Origin: a virus
Strand: one strand, 5' to 3'
Length of the DNA: 64,000 bases
Virus record (IMG/VR): IMGVR_UViG_3300049434_000014
Span: 1 to 64,000 of that record
Under the pieces are notes generated by a model. It was not told the DNA's origin, ran no database searches, and saw only the letters and a list, made by a program, of their open reading frames with translations. Positions 55,913 to 64,000 of the stretch are shown here, in pieces (the first letter of the stretch is position 1; each line of letters begins with the position of its first letter). Both the position numbers and the translations under genes were made by a program.

Positions 55913-57139
55913 ATGCAGGTTACGGAGTTGTTCTCCAATGAGGCGCTTGGGGAGATGGTTGCTGCGGGTTATGTGCGTATGCAGCGGCATCCTCGTTTCC
56001 ACGATGGCGTCCCTTACGTCATCTTCAATTACACGGAGACCGCTGCTTACGAGCGTGTGTGGAATCCGGTCACTGAGGTGTGTCGTGGCTTGATTGTGAA
56101 CAACGCGACGCTCGAGGTTGTCGCACGTCCGTTCCGTAAGTTCTTTAATTACGGTGAGCCTGGCTCTCCTGTTCTCCATATGGATGAGGGTGCGGACGTC
56201 TATGACAAACTAGACGGCTCGCTCGGCATTCTTTACCAGCTTCCTGATGGCGAATATGCGATTGCCACGCGCGGTTCGTTTGATTCCGAGCAGGCTCGCC
56301 ACGCCACAAAGGTGTGGCAGGATCGCTACGCGGGCAAGTTCACTCCCTATCCTGGCGGCACTTATCTGTTTGAGATCATCTATCGTGCCAATCGCATTGT
56401 CTGCGACTATGGGGACATGGACGATCTCGTGTTGCTCGGTGCTGTCGACATTGAGACTGGTGTTTCTTTTACGCCTCACGAGGGTGAGGCGATTGGTGAG
56501 TGGCCTGGCCCTAAGGCTGAGATGTTTCAGTACTGGTCGCTGGCAGCTGCTCTGGCAGCGCCTCCCCGTCCGGGTAAGGAGGGCTTCGTCCTTCGGCGTT
56601 GGCATTCCGAGGATCGCATTAAGATCAAGCAGGATGATTACGTTGCGTTGCACCGGATCATTACGAATTGCACGGCGCGTCGGATCTGGGAATACCTCGC
56701 GGTGTTCGCTTGCCAACCTTATGCGACAACGGGCGTTGAGTTCTTAGTGCGTAAGTTGATGATGGGTCCTGCTGACATTAATCGGATCCTCGCGGTTGGC
56801 TCTAACTGGCTGGAGACTTTCCTGGTTGGTACTCCGGAGGAGTTTCGTGATTGGGTGCAGGACAAGGTGTGGGAATTCCTTAGGGCTCGCACGTCGCGTT
56901 TGCAGGATCTGGAGTTGTCTTTGCATCTGATGTTGGCTACAGCGGATGTCCCTCGCTCTGCGGTCGGCGGTCCGTCTCGTGAAGAGGCTAAGGCGTTCGC
57001 CGCAGCGGGTCGGTCTCATCCTGATTTTCAGCTGCTTATGACCATGCTTCGTGGCCATGAGATCGAGTCGACTATTTGGCGTGAGCTGCGCCCTGCCCAC
57101 GAGCTTCCTTACCGGGCAGTGGATGAGTCTGTGGCTTAG
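55913..57139 (+). CDS. T4 Rnl1-family RNA ligase
   Basis: CRGLI, RPF.KFFN, motif I KLDGSLG, ATRGSF, FEII, EGFV, KIK. Confidence 0.9.
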   Translation: MQVTELFSNEALGEMVAAGYVRMQRHPRFHDGVPYVIFNYTETAAYERVWNPVTEVCRGLIVNNATLEVVARPFRKFFNYGEPGSPVLHMDEGADVYDKLDGSLGILYQLPDGEYAIATRGSFDSEQARHATKVWQDRYAGKFTPYPGGTYLFEIIYRANRIVCDYGDMDDLVLLGAVDIETGVSFTPHEGEAIGEWPGPKAEMFQYWSLAAALAAPPRPGKEGFVLRRWHSEDRIKIKQDDYVALHRIITNCTARRIWEYLAVFACQPYATTGVEFLVRKLMMGPADINRILAVGSNWLETFLVGTPEEFRDWVQDKVWEFLRARTSRLQDLELSLHLMLATADVPRSAVGGPSREEAKAFAAAGRSHPDFQLLMTMLRGHEIESTIWRELRPAHELPYRAVDESVA

Positions 57140-57545
57140 GGGATCGGTGACGGGTGGAGCGTCGCTCAGGCGCTCTGCCCCTCGCTGTCTTTCCCCATGG
57201 TTTGGCCACAGAAATACCAATCACGATTACCAGCAATGCTAATCCTATTGACTTCGCTTCTACGCTTTGTATGTTAAGTATTGTTAGTGTTGCTCCTGCC
57301 GCAGCAATACCTAGTGAGATTGTGCATTTCACTGCAATCCACCAGTGTTTGGTTATTCCCCACGGTGTTCCTAGTGTTAGAATGAATCCTGTTAGTAGCG
57401 TTGTTGACACAACAGGAATGAGAAGAATGTACGTGACGTTGTTGTTTAGTTGAACGAGTTGTCGAGTCGTTAGGGATTCACTCAAAGCAATGTAAATTGA
57501 GACAGTGAGGATTCCCAACCACGCCGATGCGAATACTATGTGCAC
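57072..57545 (-). CDS. DUF2269-like membrane protein (start uncertain)
   Basis: H..FASAWLG, GTPWGI.KHWWI.VK, ISVAKPWG; only convincing minus-strand gene. Confidence 0.65.
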   Translation of the reverse strand: MHIVFASAWLGILTVSIYIALSESLTTRQLVQLNNNVTYILLIPVVSTTLLTGFILTLGTPWGITKHWWIAVKCTISLGIAAAGATLTILNIQSVEAKSIGLALLVIVIGISVAKPWGKTARGRAPERRSTRHRSPKPQTHPLPGKEARGQGAAHAK

Positions 57546-57678
57546 TGTTAATAGTGCTGTTCTGATGCGGCGTGGAAGTTTTGGTTTGGCGAGAGGCCCG
57601 AGAATGTGAGCAGCTCATACCTGCAGAGCGTGACTTGTCAAGTGCGCAGCGTGGTCGCAAGTTTCGGGTAGGACTGTG

Positions 57679-57730
57679 TTGCATGGTTGTACGGCTTATG
57701 GTACGGTTGTACCAGTTCCGTTAAAGGAGG
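57679..57730 (+). promoter_or_regulatory. early promoter plus TCCGTTAAAGGAGG leader
   Basis: TTGCAT-17-TACGGT with TG extension. Confidence 0.8.
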
Positions 57731-57734
57731 AAGC

Positions 57735-58001
57735 ATGAATACTCGTAAAGCTCGTGATCCGAAGGTTGATCCGTCTCGCCAGGACAACGATCGAGCCCTT
57801 GCTGCAGCCATGCTCGCAGTCTGGGATGAAGACACAATTAAAGCTGTGTTGAGTGCTGTTCGTTCTGACGCGCGGTTGGGTGAGGCGTTCAGCGATCGGT
57901 ACGATGTTCCGGCAATCAGGCGCAATGTTTGCCGTTTGAATATGGTTGACTCGTTTTTGAGTGGTGTGCTTGAGGCTAGTGTCTTCCTGCGTCAGGATTG
58001 A
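57735..58001 (+). CDS. hypothetical early protein
   Basis: AAGGAGG RBS. Confidence 0.65.
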   Translation: MNTRKARDPKVDPSRQDNDRALAAAMLAVWDEDTIKAVLSAVRSDARLGEAFSDRYDVPAIRRNVCRLNMVDSFLSGVLEASVFLRQD

Positions 58002-58028
58002 GTTTTCTTACGTGGTGTTTCGTGTGGT

Positions 58029-58445
58029 ATGAATGTCTTTCCTAGCACCTATCAGGAAGGGCATTTAACGGACATGAAGGTTATTGACATCACGAGCATT
58101 CCGCGCAAGTGGCTCTCTTGTCGTGCGTGGCAGCATGCCTGGGATCACGGGCCTGCTCCGCTGCAAGAGGATCGAAGTGTGCAGCCGGTGGTGTGGGTGA
58201 CTCGCGCACATTGTGTGTCGTGTGCAACGAAGCGGTGGCGCTATTTCCGGGTGGGAGATGCTTTACCTATTAGTGGATGGGATTACGAGCATCCTGCAGA
58301 TTGGCGTTGGGCTATGCATGGTGTGACGCAAATGGAGGCCCGCGCGGAGCTTGCTCGCCGAGACATTGCTGGCGAAAAAGAGGGTAATAAGATTGCCTCG
58401 ATTCGCAAGACTGTAAAGAAGACTTCACGGGCTATCGCTGGGTAG
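58029..58445 (+). CDS. hypothetical protein with Cys/His motifs
   Basis: CR...H.W...C..C; ends at motif TAG. Confidence 0.6.
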   Translation: MNVFPSTYQEGHLTDMKVIDITSIPRKWLSCRAWQHAWDHGPAPLQEDRSVQPVVWVTRAHCVSCATKRWRYFRVGDALPISGWDYEHPADWRWAMHGVTQMEARAELARRDIAGEKEGNKIASIRKTVKKTSRAIAG

Positions 58446-58481
58446 GACCACAGCGACCCCACCGATAAAGGGAGCTGTGAG

Positions 58482-59516
58482 ATGCACGAGGATATGGTGT
58501 CTGCGATGCAGCCGGTCGAGGCTGATGTCGAGTCTTTGCCTGACTTCCCTACTGAGTTGATCCTGACGCGTGGCCTTCCCGGTTGCGGTAAGACAACGTG
58601 GGCTCGCTTGATTCTGGAAGTGGAGCGCTCCAAGGGTCGACGGATTGTTCGGGTTAATCGCGATGACTTGCGTCGCATGGCTTTGCCTTCCGGGTATGGC
58701 AAGCCTGACTTCGCGACGGAAAAGGAGATCTCTGCGATTCGGGATGCCGCGCTCGAGCATTGGTTGTCGGCTGGCGTTTCGGTCATTGTTGATGACACCA
58801 ATCTTCGTATGCGTTTTGCTCGTGATCTGGCTGATCTCGCGGAGCGGTTGGGTGTGGAGTTGGTTGTCGTTGACTTCTTTGAAGTCGATCTCGACACTTG
58901 CCTTGCACGCAATGAGGATCGTCATGGTACTGAAAGCTACGTGCCTCCGTGGGTGATCAAAGATATGTATGGTCGTTACCTGGCTGGCTCTAAGCCGGGT
59001 CCTGTTCTCCCTCGCCCGACAGCGTGGCAGTCTGCGGTCGTGCCTTACGAGCCTGTTTACGGTGCTCCTGAGATTGCGCTGGTTGATCTCGACGGCACGG
59101 TTGCTTTGCTCAATGGGCGAGGTGCTTACGATGAGTCTTGCGTTTCAGAAGACTTGCCCAATCACCCAGTGATTGAAGCTGTGCAGGCAATGGCTGGTCT
59201 CGGTCGGTGGGAACGAATGAGTCAACATGATCGGACGATCGGTTTGGTATTCATGTCTGGTCGTACTGAGGCGTGTCGTGTGAGTACTACTGATTGGCTT
59301 TCCACGCATCTCGGTATTGCTCCCGAAGATGTCGTGTTGCACATGCGCGATATCGGCGATCAGCGTCCTGACCGTGAGGTAAAGTTGGAGCTGTTCAATA
59401 AGCACATTCGTCATCGGTTCGAGGTTCGTTGCGTTTTTGATGATCGTGTGAGCGTTGTTGAATTGTGGCGCCAGCTCGGGCTAGTGTGTTTCCAGGTGGC
59501 TGATGGGAAATTCTAA
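58482..59516 (+). CDS. polynucleotide 5'-kinase/3'-phosphatase (T4 PseT-like)
   Basis: GLPGCGKTT, NRDDLR, VDDTN; HAD DLDGT, SGR, FDDR. Confidence 0.9.
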   Translation: MHEDMVSAMQPVEADVESLPDFPTELILTRGLPGCGKTTWARLILEVERSKGRRIVRVNRDDLRRMALPSGYGKPDFATEKEISAIRDAALEHWLSAGVSVIVDDTNLRMRFARDLADLAERLGVELVVVDFFEVDLDTCLARNEDRHGTESYVPPWVIKDMYGRYLAGSKPGPVLPRPTAWQSAVVPYEPVYGAPEIALVDLDGTVALLNGRGAYDESCVSEDLPNHPVIEAVQAMAGLGRWERMSQHDRTIGLVFMSGRTEACRVSTTDWLSTHLGIAPEDVVLHMRDIGDQRPDREVKLELFNKHIRHRFEVRCVFDDRVSVVELWRQLGLVCFQVADGKF

Positions 59517-59736
59517 GGGAAGGACAGCCAGCTTGGATCTGATGACGGCTTCGATTGGTATTGTCAGAGATGAGCTAGACGATCCTCCTAAGGCAGCTAT
59601 GGTGTTGGCTCGAATGGCTAAGCGTGCGAAGGTGAAGCCTTCTGACGATGAGCTGTTAGAGTTGTTCAACATGCTGGGTCTTGACATCAATGATGTACCT
59701 CGCCGACCTCCAACAGAGGAGGGTGTTTCGTTGTAG
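59503..59736 (+). CDS. hypothetical protein
   Basis: Overlaps PNKP stop. Confidence 0.55.
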   Translation: MGNSKGRTASLDLMTASIGIVRDELDDPPKAAMVLARMAKRAKVKPSDDELLELFNMLGLDINDVPRRPPTEEGVSL

Positions 59737-59785
59737 CGCGGCGGTTGCGCGGCAACGTGAGTTGGAGCGTCGAAGTTCTGAGTTG

Positions 59786-60184
59786 ATGTTTGATCTAGAA
59801 CAGCCCGCGATCGGCGGCACTTTCTTTGAAGAGGAGTGTGCGCTGATTGCGGGCTGTTTGCCGTCGTCATGGCGTGCGATGGTGTCTCGCCACGGTGCTC
59901 CCCCTTCCCGTGGCTTTTGTTCTGAGACAGGCCGTCGTGTCTGGGATGCTCCTGAGGTCTTGCGTTGGCAGGCGTCGCGTCCGGGCTCAGGCAACTGGTC
60001 GCGCGGGCATGCCCGTTCCCAGCCTTCTACGCGGTTACGGGCCTATGCTTTGGGCAACGAGCCTGCCTGGCGCCTACCTACTCCTCGCGTCCGTACGCGG
60101 GCTTCTAGGCCGCGTCGACGTCCATGGTTGACCCCACGCGTTCCTTCTCTGTCTAGCCGGGTGGCGTCGAATACTGAGGAGTGA
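59786..60184 (+). CDS. AlpA/excisionase-like HTH protein
   Basis: A...G...SSWR..V.R..AP.....R.W...EV..W..SRPG.G pattern. Confidence 0.5.
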   Translation: MFDLEQPAIGGTFFEEECALIAGCLPSSWRAMVSRHGAPPSRGFCSETGRRVWDAPEVLRWQASRPGSGNWSRGHARSQPSTRLRAYALGNEPAWRLPTPRVRTRASRPRRRPWLTPRVPSLSSRVASNTEE

Positions 60185-60212
60185 GTGACGCACGCGCAGG
60201 GTGGTGTGTGTC

Positions 60213-60560
60213 ATGACCGTGCTCGTGATACCGGCTGGCACGACGTGGGCATGGGCCTTCCCTATTACTAATCCCAGCGGCGGTCCGGTGGATCTGACCG
60301 GCTGGTCTGCTCGCGCTCAGGTTCGTGCGAATAAATGGGTTCGTGACTTGCCTGTCCTTCATGAATGGACAACTGCCGGTCCTTCACCCAATGCGTCATT
60401 AGCTGATTCGCAGCTCATTCTCATTGTTGATGGCGCGACTTCATCTGCCTGGACGTGGTGGGCTGGCGTTTATGACATTGAGCTGACTGATGATACTGGT
60501 CGTGTCGCTCGTTTGGATCAAGACGATGTATTAGTCACTCCTGAGGTGACTCATGACTAG
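60213..60560 (+). CDS. virion-associated (baseplate/tail adaptor-like) protein
   Basis: G.T....PVDLTGWSARAQVR...GVYDIEL pattern typical of tail modules. Confidence 0.6.
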   Translation: MTVLVIPAGTTWAWAFPITNPSGGPVDLTGWSARAQVRANKWVRDLPVLHEWTTAGPSPNASLADSQLILIVDGATSSAWTWWAGVYDIELTDDTGRVARLDQDDVLVTPEVTHD

Positions 60561-61023
60561 TCCTCCGTCTGTGATTGAGTTTGTAAAGGTCGGCGGTCCA
60601 CACGTTGTGAGTTTCGTTGTGGAAGGATCGCCGCTATCTCTTGATTGGGTGCATCACGAGCCTCCTGTGTTCGTTGGCGACCCTCCTCCTGCTCCTGAGG
60701 TGCTGTCTTTGGACGCGCTCACGGACGTCGACGGGGCAGCGCTTGCCCCGGTCGGTGATGTGCTTGCGAAGGCTTCTGACGGCCAATGGCGTCCGGTCGC
60801 TCCGTTGGTTGGAGCTGCTCCGGAGAGCTTTCGCTTTAACCAGCTCATCCCTGCAGCGGTGTGGACGATTAGCCACAATCTCGGTCGTTTCCCAGTGACG
60901 GTCACATTACATAGTGCTGACTTGTCTGTTGAATATGATGAGTTTCTTGTTCAGCATTTAAGCATTAATTCATTGCGAGTGTCGATGGATACTCCTACTG
61001 CCGGTGCTGCGCTACTGATTTAA
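60553..61023 (+). CDS. virion structural protein
   Basis: LDALTDVD, W.I.HNLGR.P.V motif. Confidence 0.6.
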   Translation: MTSPPSVIEFVKVGGPHVVSFVVEGSPLSLDWVHHEPPVFVGDPPPAPEVLSLDALTDVDGAALAPVGDVLAKASDGQWRPVAPLVGAAPESFRFNQLIPAAVWTISHNLGRFPVTVTLHSADLSVEYDEFLVQHLSINSLRVSMDTPTAGAALLI

Positions 61024-61033
61024 GGAGTATTCA

Positions 61034-61930
61034 GTGACTGCTGGACCGAAGGCCATCAGCCATAAGGATATGGGTGGCCTCCAGATTAAGAATCTGGCTG
61101 ACGGCACCTTATCGACTGACGGTTACACCAAAGGTCAGGGTGACACTGCTTATACGAATGCAATCTCGCGAGCCAATCATACGGGTACGCAGCTTGCTGC
61201 CACTATCTCTGACTTTGATACTCAGGTTCGGACGTCTCGCCTGGATCAGATGTCTGCGCCGACTGGTGCATTGTCTGTTAACAACCAGCGGATCACCAAT
61301 GCTGGCTCAGCGACAACGGATACGGATGCTGCGCAATGGGGTCAGGTTAAAGACCTGATCTCTGGTCTGCGTAAGACTGACGTCCGCATTGTCACCACGA
61401 CTAACGATACGCTGAATGGTCTTGCTGCTCGGGATGGCATTACTCCTATCGCTGGCGATCGTGTGTTGGCTACAGGTCAGACTGCTGCTACGGCAAATGG
61501 TATTTATGTCGCCGCTGCGGGTGCGTGGTCTCGAGCCACAGATGCTGATGTGGCAGCGGAATTTGCTACTCAATGGTTGGTGACGGTTCGTGAAGGAACT
61601 GTCAATGGTGATACGTTGTGGCAGCATAACACTGATGGTGTTGTGACGCTTGGCACCACTTCTCTTGTGTTCAATAAGATTGGTCCTATCTCAGCCCCAT
61701 CTGCCACGGGTTATACAACTACTTCTCCTGTTGTCACGGCTGGCGGAACGTGGACAGTCACACATAATCTAGGTTCTCGTTATGTGTTGGCTCAGGTTGC
61801 ACGAGTCGCTTCTCCGTATGACATTGTCGATGTTCGTATGGAACGAACCACCACCAATACTGTTTCTGTGCTTCCTGATGTTGCGATGGCGAGTGGTGAG
61901 TACGAGATAATGGTTCAGAAGGTTGCCTGA
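61034..61930 (+). CDS. tail-fibre-like structural protein
   Basis: RANHTGTQ.A.TISDF; GDRVL..GQT....NGIY.....W.RATDAD; THNLG. Confidence 0.7.
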   Translation: MTAGPKAISHKDMGGLQIKNLADGTLSTDGYTKGQGDTAYTNAISRANHTGTQLAATISDFDTQVRTSRLDQMSAPTGALSVNNQRITNAGSATTDTDAAQWGQVKDLISGLRKTDVRIVTTTNDTLNGLAARDGITPIAGDRVLATGQTAATANGIYVAAAGAWSRATDADVAAEFATQWLVTVREGTVNGDTLWQHNTDGVVTLGTTSLVFNKIGPISAPSATGYTTTSPVVTAGGTWTVTHNLGSRYVLAQVARVASPYDIVDVRMERTTTNTVSVLPDVAMASGEYEIMVQKVA

Positions 61931-61951
61931 TTCCTGTAAGGAGATAGTGAC

Positions 61952-62098
61952 ATGGGGCTCATTGTTGGCTTGTTAGTGCTATGGCTGATTCTTGTCATCG
62001 TCGGATTTACGGTGAAGACACTGCTTTGGCTTGCAATTATCGGTGCAGTGTTGTTTGTCATCACTGGAGTCTTTGGCGCCATGCATTCTCGACACTAA
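61952..62098 (+). CDS. 48-aa hydrophobic membrane protein
   Basis: AAGGAG RBS; MGLIVGLLVLWLILVIVGFTVKTLLWLAIIGAVLFVITGVFGAMHSRH. Confidence 0.7.
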   Translation: MGLIVGLLVLWLILVIVGFTVKTLLWLAIIGAVLFVITGVFGAMHSRH

Positions 62099-62106
62099 GG
62101 TAGTTT

Positions 62107-64000
62107 GTGGGTACGGTTAATGCTTTATCTCGGACGCAGTCAGGTGCGTCGCCTTCTGCTGCGTCCGATTCGGTTCGTAATGATGACACTCGCGTAGTTG
62201 GTGCTGAGCAGGTTGCGAATAAGGGAGCTTCGAACGGATATCCTCCGCTTGTAGCTGGTGTCGTTCCACATGCGTATTATCAATACGCGACTGGATCCAC
62301 TGACGGCTCCATCGTTCTCTCGGGTGCGCTAGGTGGAACAGCGACATCGCCCACCGTTCCCAGCCTTGCGGGCGGATCGACTAGTGGAATCTTAACGAAG
62401 AATAGCGGCACTGATTACGATACGGCGTGGAAGACACCCACTCAGGCCACCGCTCTATTTGATTTGGCGACTAACTCCCTTAAGGGATTGATGGCGCCTG
62501 CTGATAAGAAGCGCACGGTTCAGTTCTATGATGCGGTTGCTGACTTTGGGTTCGTCGGCGATCTGTATACTACATTAGGCACAACAGCGGTCACCGGCAC
62601 CGCTATGACTGACTCGACTAACCCTTTCACGGCTGCTGATGTTGGTAAGCGTGTCGCTATTCCGAAGGCTGGTGCGGGTACCTCGCCCAACCAGGCAATG
62701 CTCATCACCACCATCGCTGCGTTTGTGTCGTCTAATCAGGTTACGTTAACGGTTGGCGCTACGAATGCTGTGACTGCTGCGAGTGTGCATTACGGCACGG
62801 ATAACTCGGTTGCTGAAGCTCTGATGGTTTCGACCATCAATGGTCAGGTGTGGTCGGGCGCGCGGATCATCTTTGGTCGTAGCTCAACGAATAGATATGG
62901 CTTCCAGACTAACTGGCTGTTCAACAAAACTGTGCAAATTGAAGGTATCGGCGGTGGGCATACTGCTGATGCTGGTGCTTGGCAGACCATCGGCGGCACA
63001 TGTCTTGTGTGGTGGGGCAGTTCGTCTGATGGTGGTGTCGCCTTTCAGGCTGCTATCACGTTCGCTCCCACGGGTGCGCAAGCGCTTAAGCGGGTGGCGT
63101 TAAAGCACATCTGGATGGATTGCAACAACAATGGACAGAACCAGGCGTTGTATGCATTGAAGTTGGTGTCTTGTCACGGACATCAGCTGGAAGACTTTTA
63201 TGTGCAGGATGCTTTGGCTCAGGCCGTTTGGATGGATATTGGAACGACGCCGACCGAAGCGAAAGACTGCACTCGCTTTAGTCATCGCACCATGTGCTTT
63301 CGTCAATTGGATAACACTGCTGGTTTTACTTCTACACCAACGACAACAACTTCAGCATTGACGTGGTCAACGACTGGCCAGTCAATGGTGCTCGCCGCAG
63401 CTAATAATCTACGTACTGCTGGCTATGTGTGGGTCGAGTCAAACCTTGGATATCCCGTGCTTGTGCGATATACGGGCGGTGGAGGCACGACGACGCTCAC
63501 TGGGTGCACGGTGTCTGCAGAAGATGTCATTAATGCCCCAGCGTCTTACTCAGGGGCATTTGTTGTGGAAGCCTCACCGGGCAACGGTGGTGCGTATAAG
63601 CTTAATGGCGCTGTTGGTGCTGATACGTGTTGTGGTGTGATTGATGTTTGTCACATCTCTCATGGTACGACGTGGGGTCCGGCTGCCATTGAGTTTATGA
63701 ACTCAGACTCCATTGTGATTCGTCAGCCTTTCATCAATGGTGGCAACAACACTACTGAGACTGGTGGTAATAGACAACGTAAGCCTGGCATTCGGTTCAA
63801 TGGTTCTAATACGAACTCCGGGCTCGCGGCTCGTAACAATATCATTTATGACGGTGACCCTGCTGGTTTAAGTACTGGCGGTGGCATTAGTTCTATGGGT
63901 GTCAACAATGCAGCTGCTGCATTGTCATTCCCTGCAGGTCCTAACAAATGGTACAACATGCAGATGGGTAATGGCGCACCCATTCCCACTGTTGAAGGTA
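62107..64000 (+). CDS. tail spike/fibre protein, probable beta-helix; runs off window
   Basis: Open frame from GTG 62107; LSGALGGTA.SPTVP, GLM..ADK, AVADFGFVGD motifs; Gly/Thr/Asn-rich. Confidence 0.7.
   Translation, partial: MGTVNALSRTQSGASPSAASDSVRNDDTRVVGAEQVANKGASNGYPPLVAGVVPHAYYQYATGSTDGSIVLSGALGGTATSPTVPSLAGGSTSGILTKNSGTDYDTAWKTPTQATALFDLATNSLKGLMAPADKKRTVQFYDAVADFGFVGDLYTTLGTTAVTGTAMTDSTNPFTAADVGKRVAIPKAGAGTSPNQAMLITTIAAFVSSNQVTLTVGATNAVTAASVHYGTDNSVAEALMVSTINGQVWSGARIIFGRSSTNRYGFQTNWLFNKTVQIEGIGGGHTADAGAWQTIGGTCLVWWGSSSDGGVAFQAAITFAPTGAQALKRVALKHIWMDCNNNGQNQALYALKLVSCHGHQLEDFYVQDALAQAVWMDIGTTPTEAKDCTRFSHRTMCFRQLDNTAGFTSTPTTTTSALTWSTTGQSMVLAAANNLRTAGYVWVESNLGYPVLVRYTGGGGTTTLTGCTVSAEDVINAPASYSGAFVVEASPGNGGAYKLNGAVGADTCCGVIDVCHISHGTTWGPAAIEFMNSDSIVIRQPFINGGNNTTETGGNRQRKPGIRFNGSNTNSGLAARNNIIYDGDPAGLSTGGGISSMGVNNAAAALSFPAGPNKWYNMQMGNGAPIPTVEG

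Noticed and set aside
1389-58445. TAG reassignment or programmed read-through
   Set aside because: Conserved proteins (DnaB, PolA, RecA, helicase, ligase) are full-length at TAG, none appears interrupted by TAG, and no suppressor tRNA is seen
792-58448. GGGTAGGA as a KOPS-like (GGGNAGGG) polar site for the TraB/FtsK protein
   Set aside because: One mismatch from KOPS and strand-biased, but confinement to gene junctions and fixed 11-12 nt spacing to starts fit a promoter better; KOPS are not tied to gene boundaries
792-58448. The motif as merely a Shine-Dalgarno sequence
   Set aside because: GTAGTA variants lack AGGA yet keep the spacing; copies also precede non-coding RNAs and genes that have their own separate SD
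139-63306. Long minus-strand ORFs (e.g. 3697-4662, 25396-26355, 34567-35436, 50586-51485, 53021-53932)
   Set aside because: Shadows of well-supported + strand genes with no recognisable motifs

Overview
A 64-kb segment of a large tailed actinobacteriophage (GC-rich, actinomycete-type genes and promoters), with almost all genes on the + strand. It covers the replication/recombination block (DnaB helicase, primase Zn-finger, sigma-like factor, delta'/delta-like clamp-loader subunits, family A DNA polymerase, SSB, RusA, RecA, SbcC-N/SbcD, PD-(D/E)XK nuclease, beta-clamp, UvrD-like helicase), an accessory/early region built from repeated promoter-leader cassettes, an RNA-repair region (TROVE/Ro60 with three tandem Y-RNA-like genes; two tRNA-Lys; Rnl1 ligase; PNKP) and the start of virion/tail genes. 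No capsid, terminase or integrase is visible in this window. Most notable: (1) a Streptomyces-plasmid-type spd/traA/traB DNA-transfer module inside a phage, followed by a cluster of 8-bp GTGACA repeats; (2) about 39 copies of an NGGTAG(G/T)A(C/T) element that behaves like a phage-specific -10 promoter for leaderless mRNAs and often doubles as the upstream gene's stop codon; (3) a three-copy covarying pseudoknot+hairpin RNA module in the tRNA region; (4) a stand-alone three-hairpin small RNA. Functional calls come from motif recognition by eye. No database searches were run.
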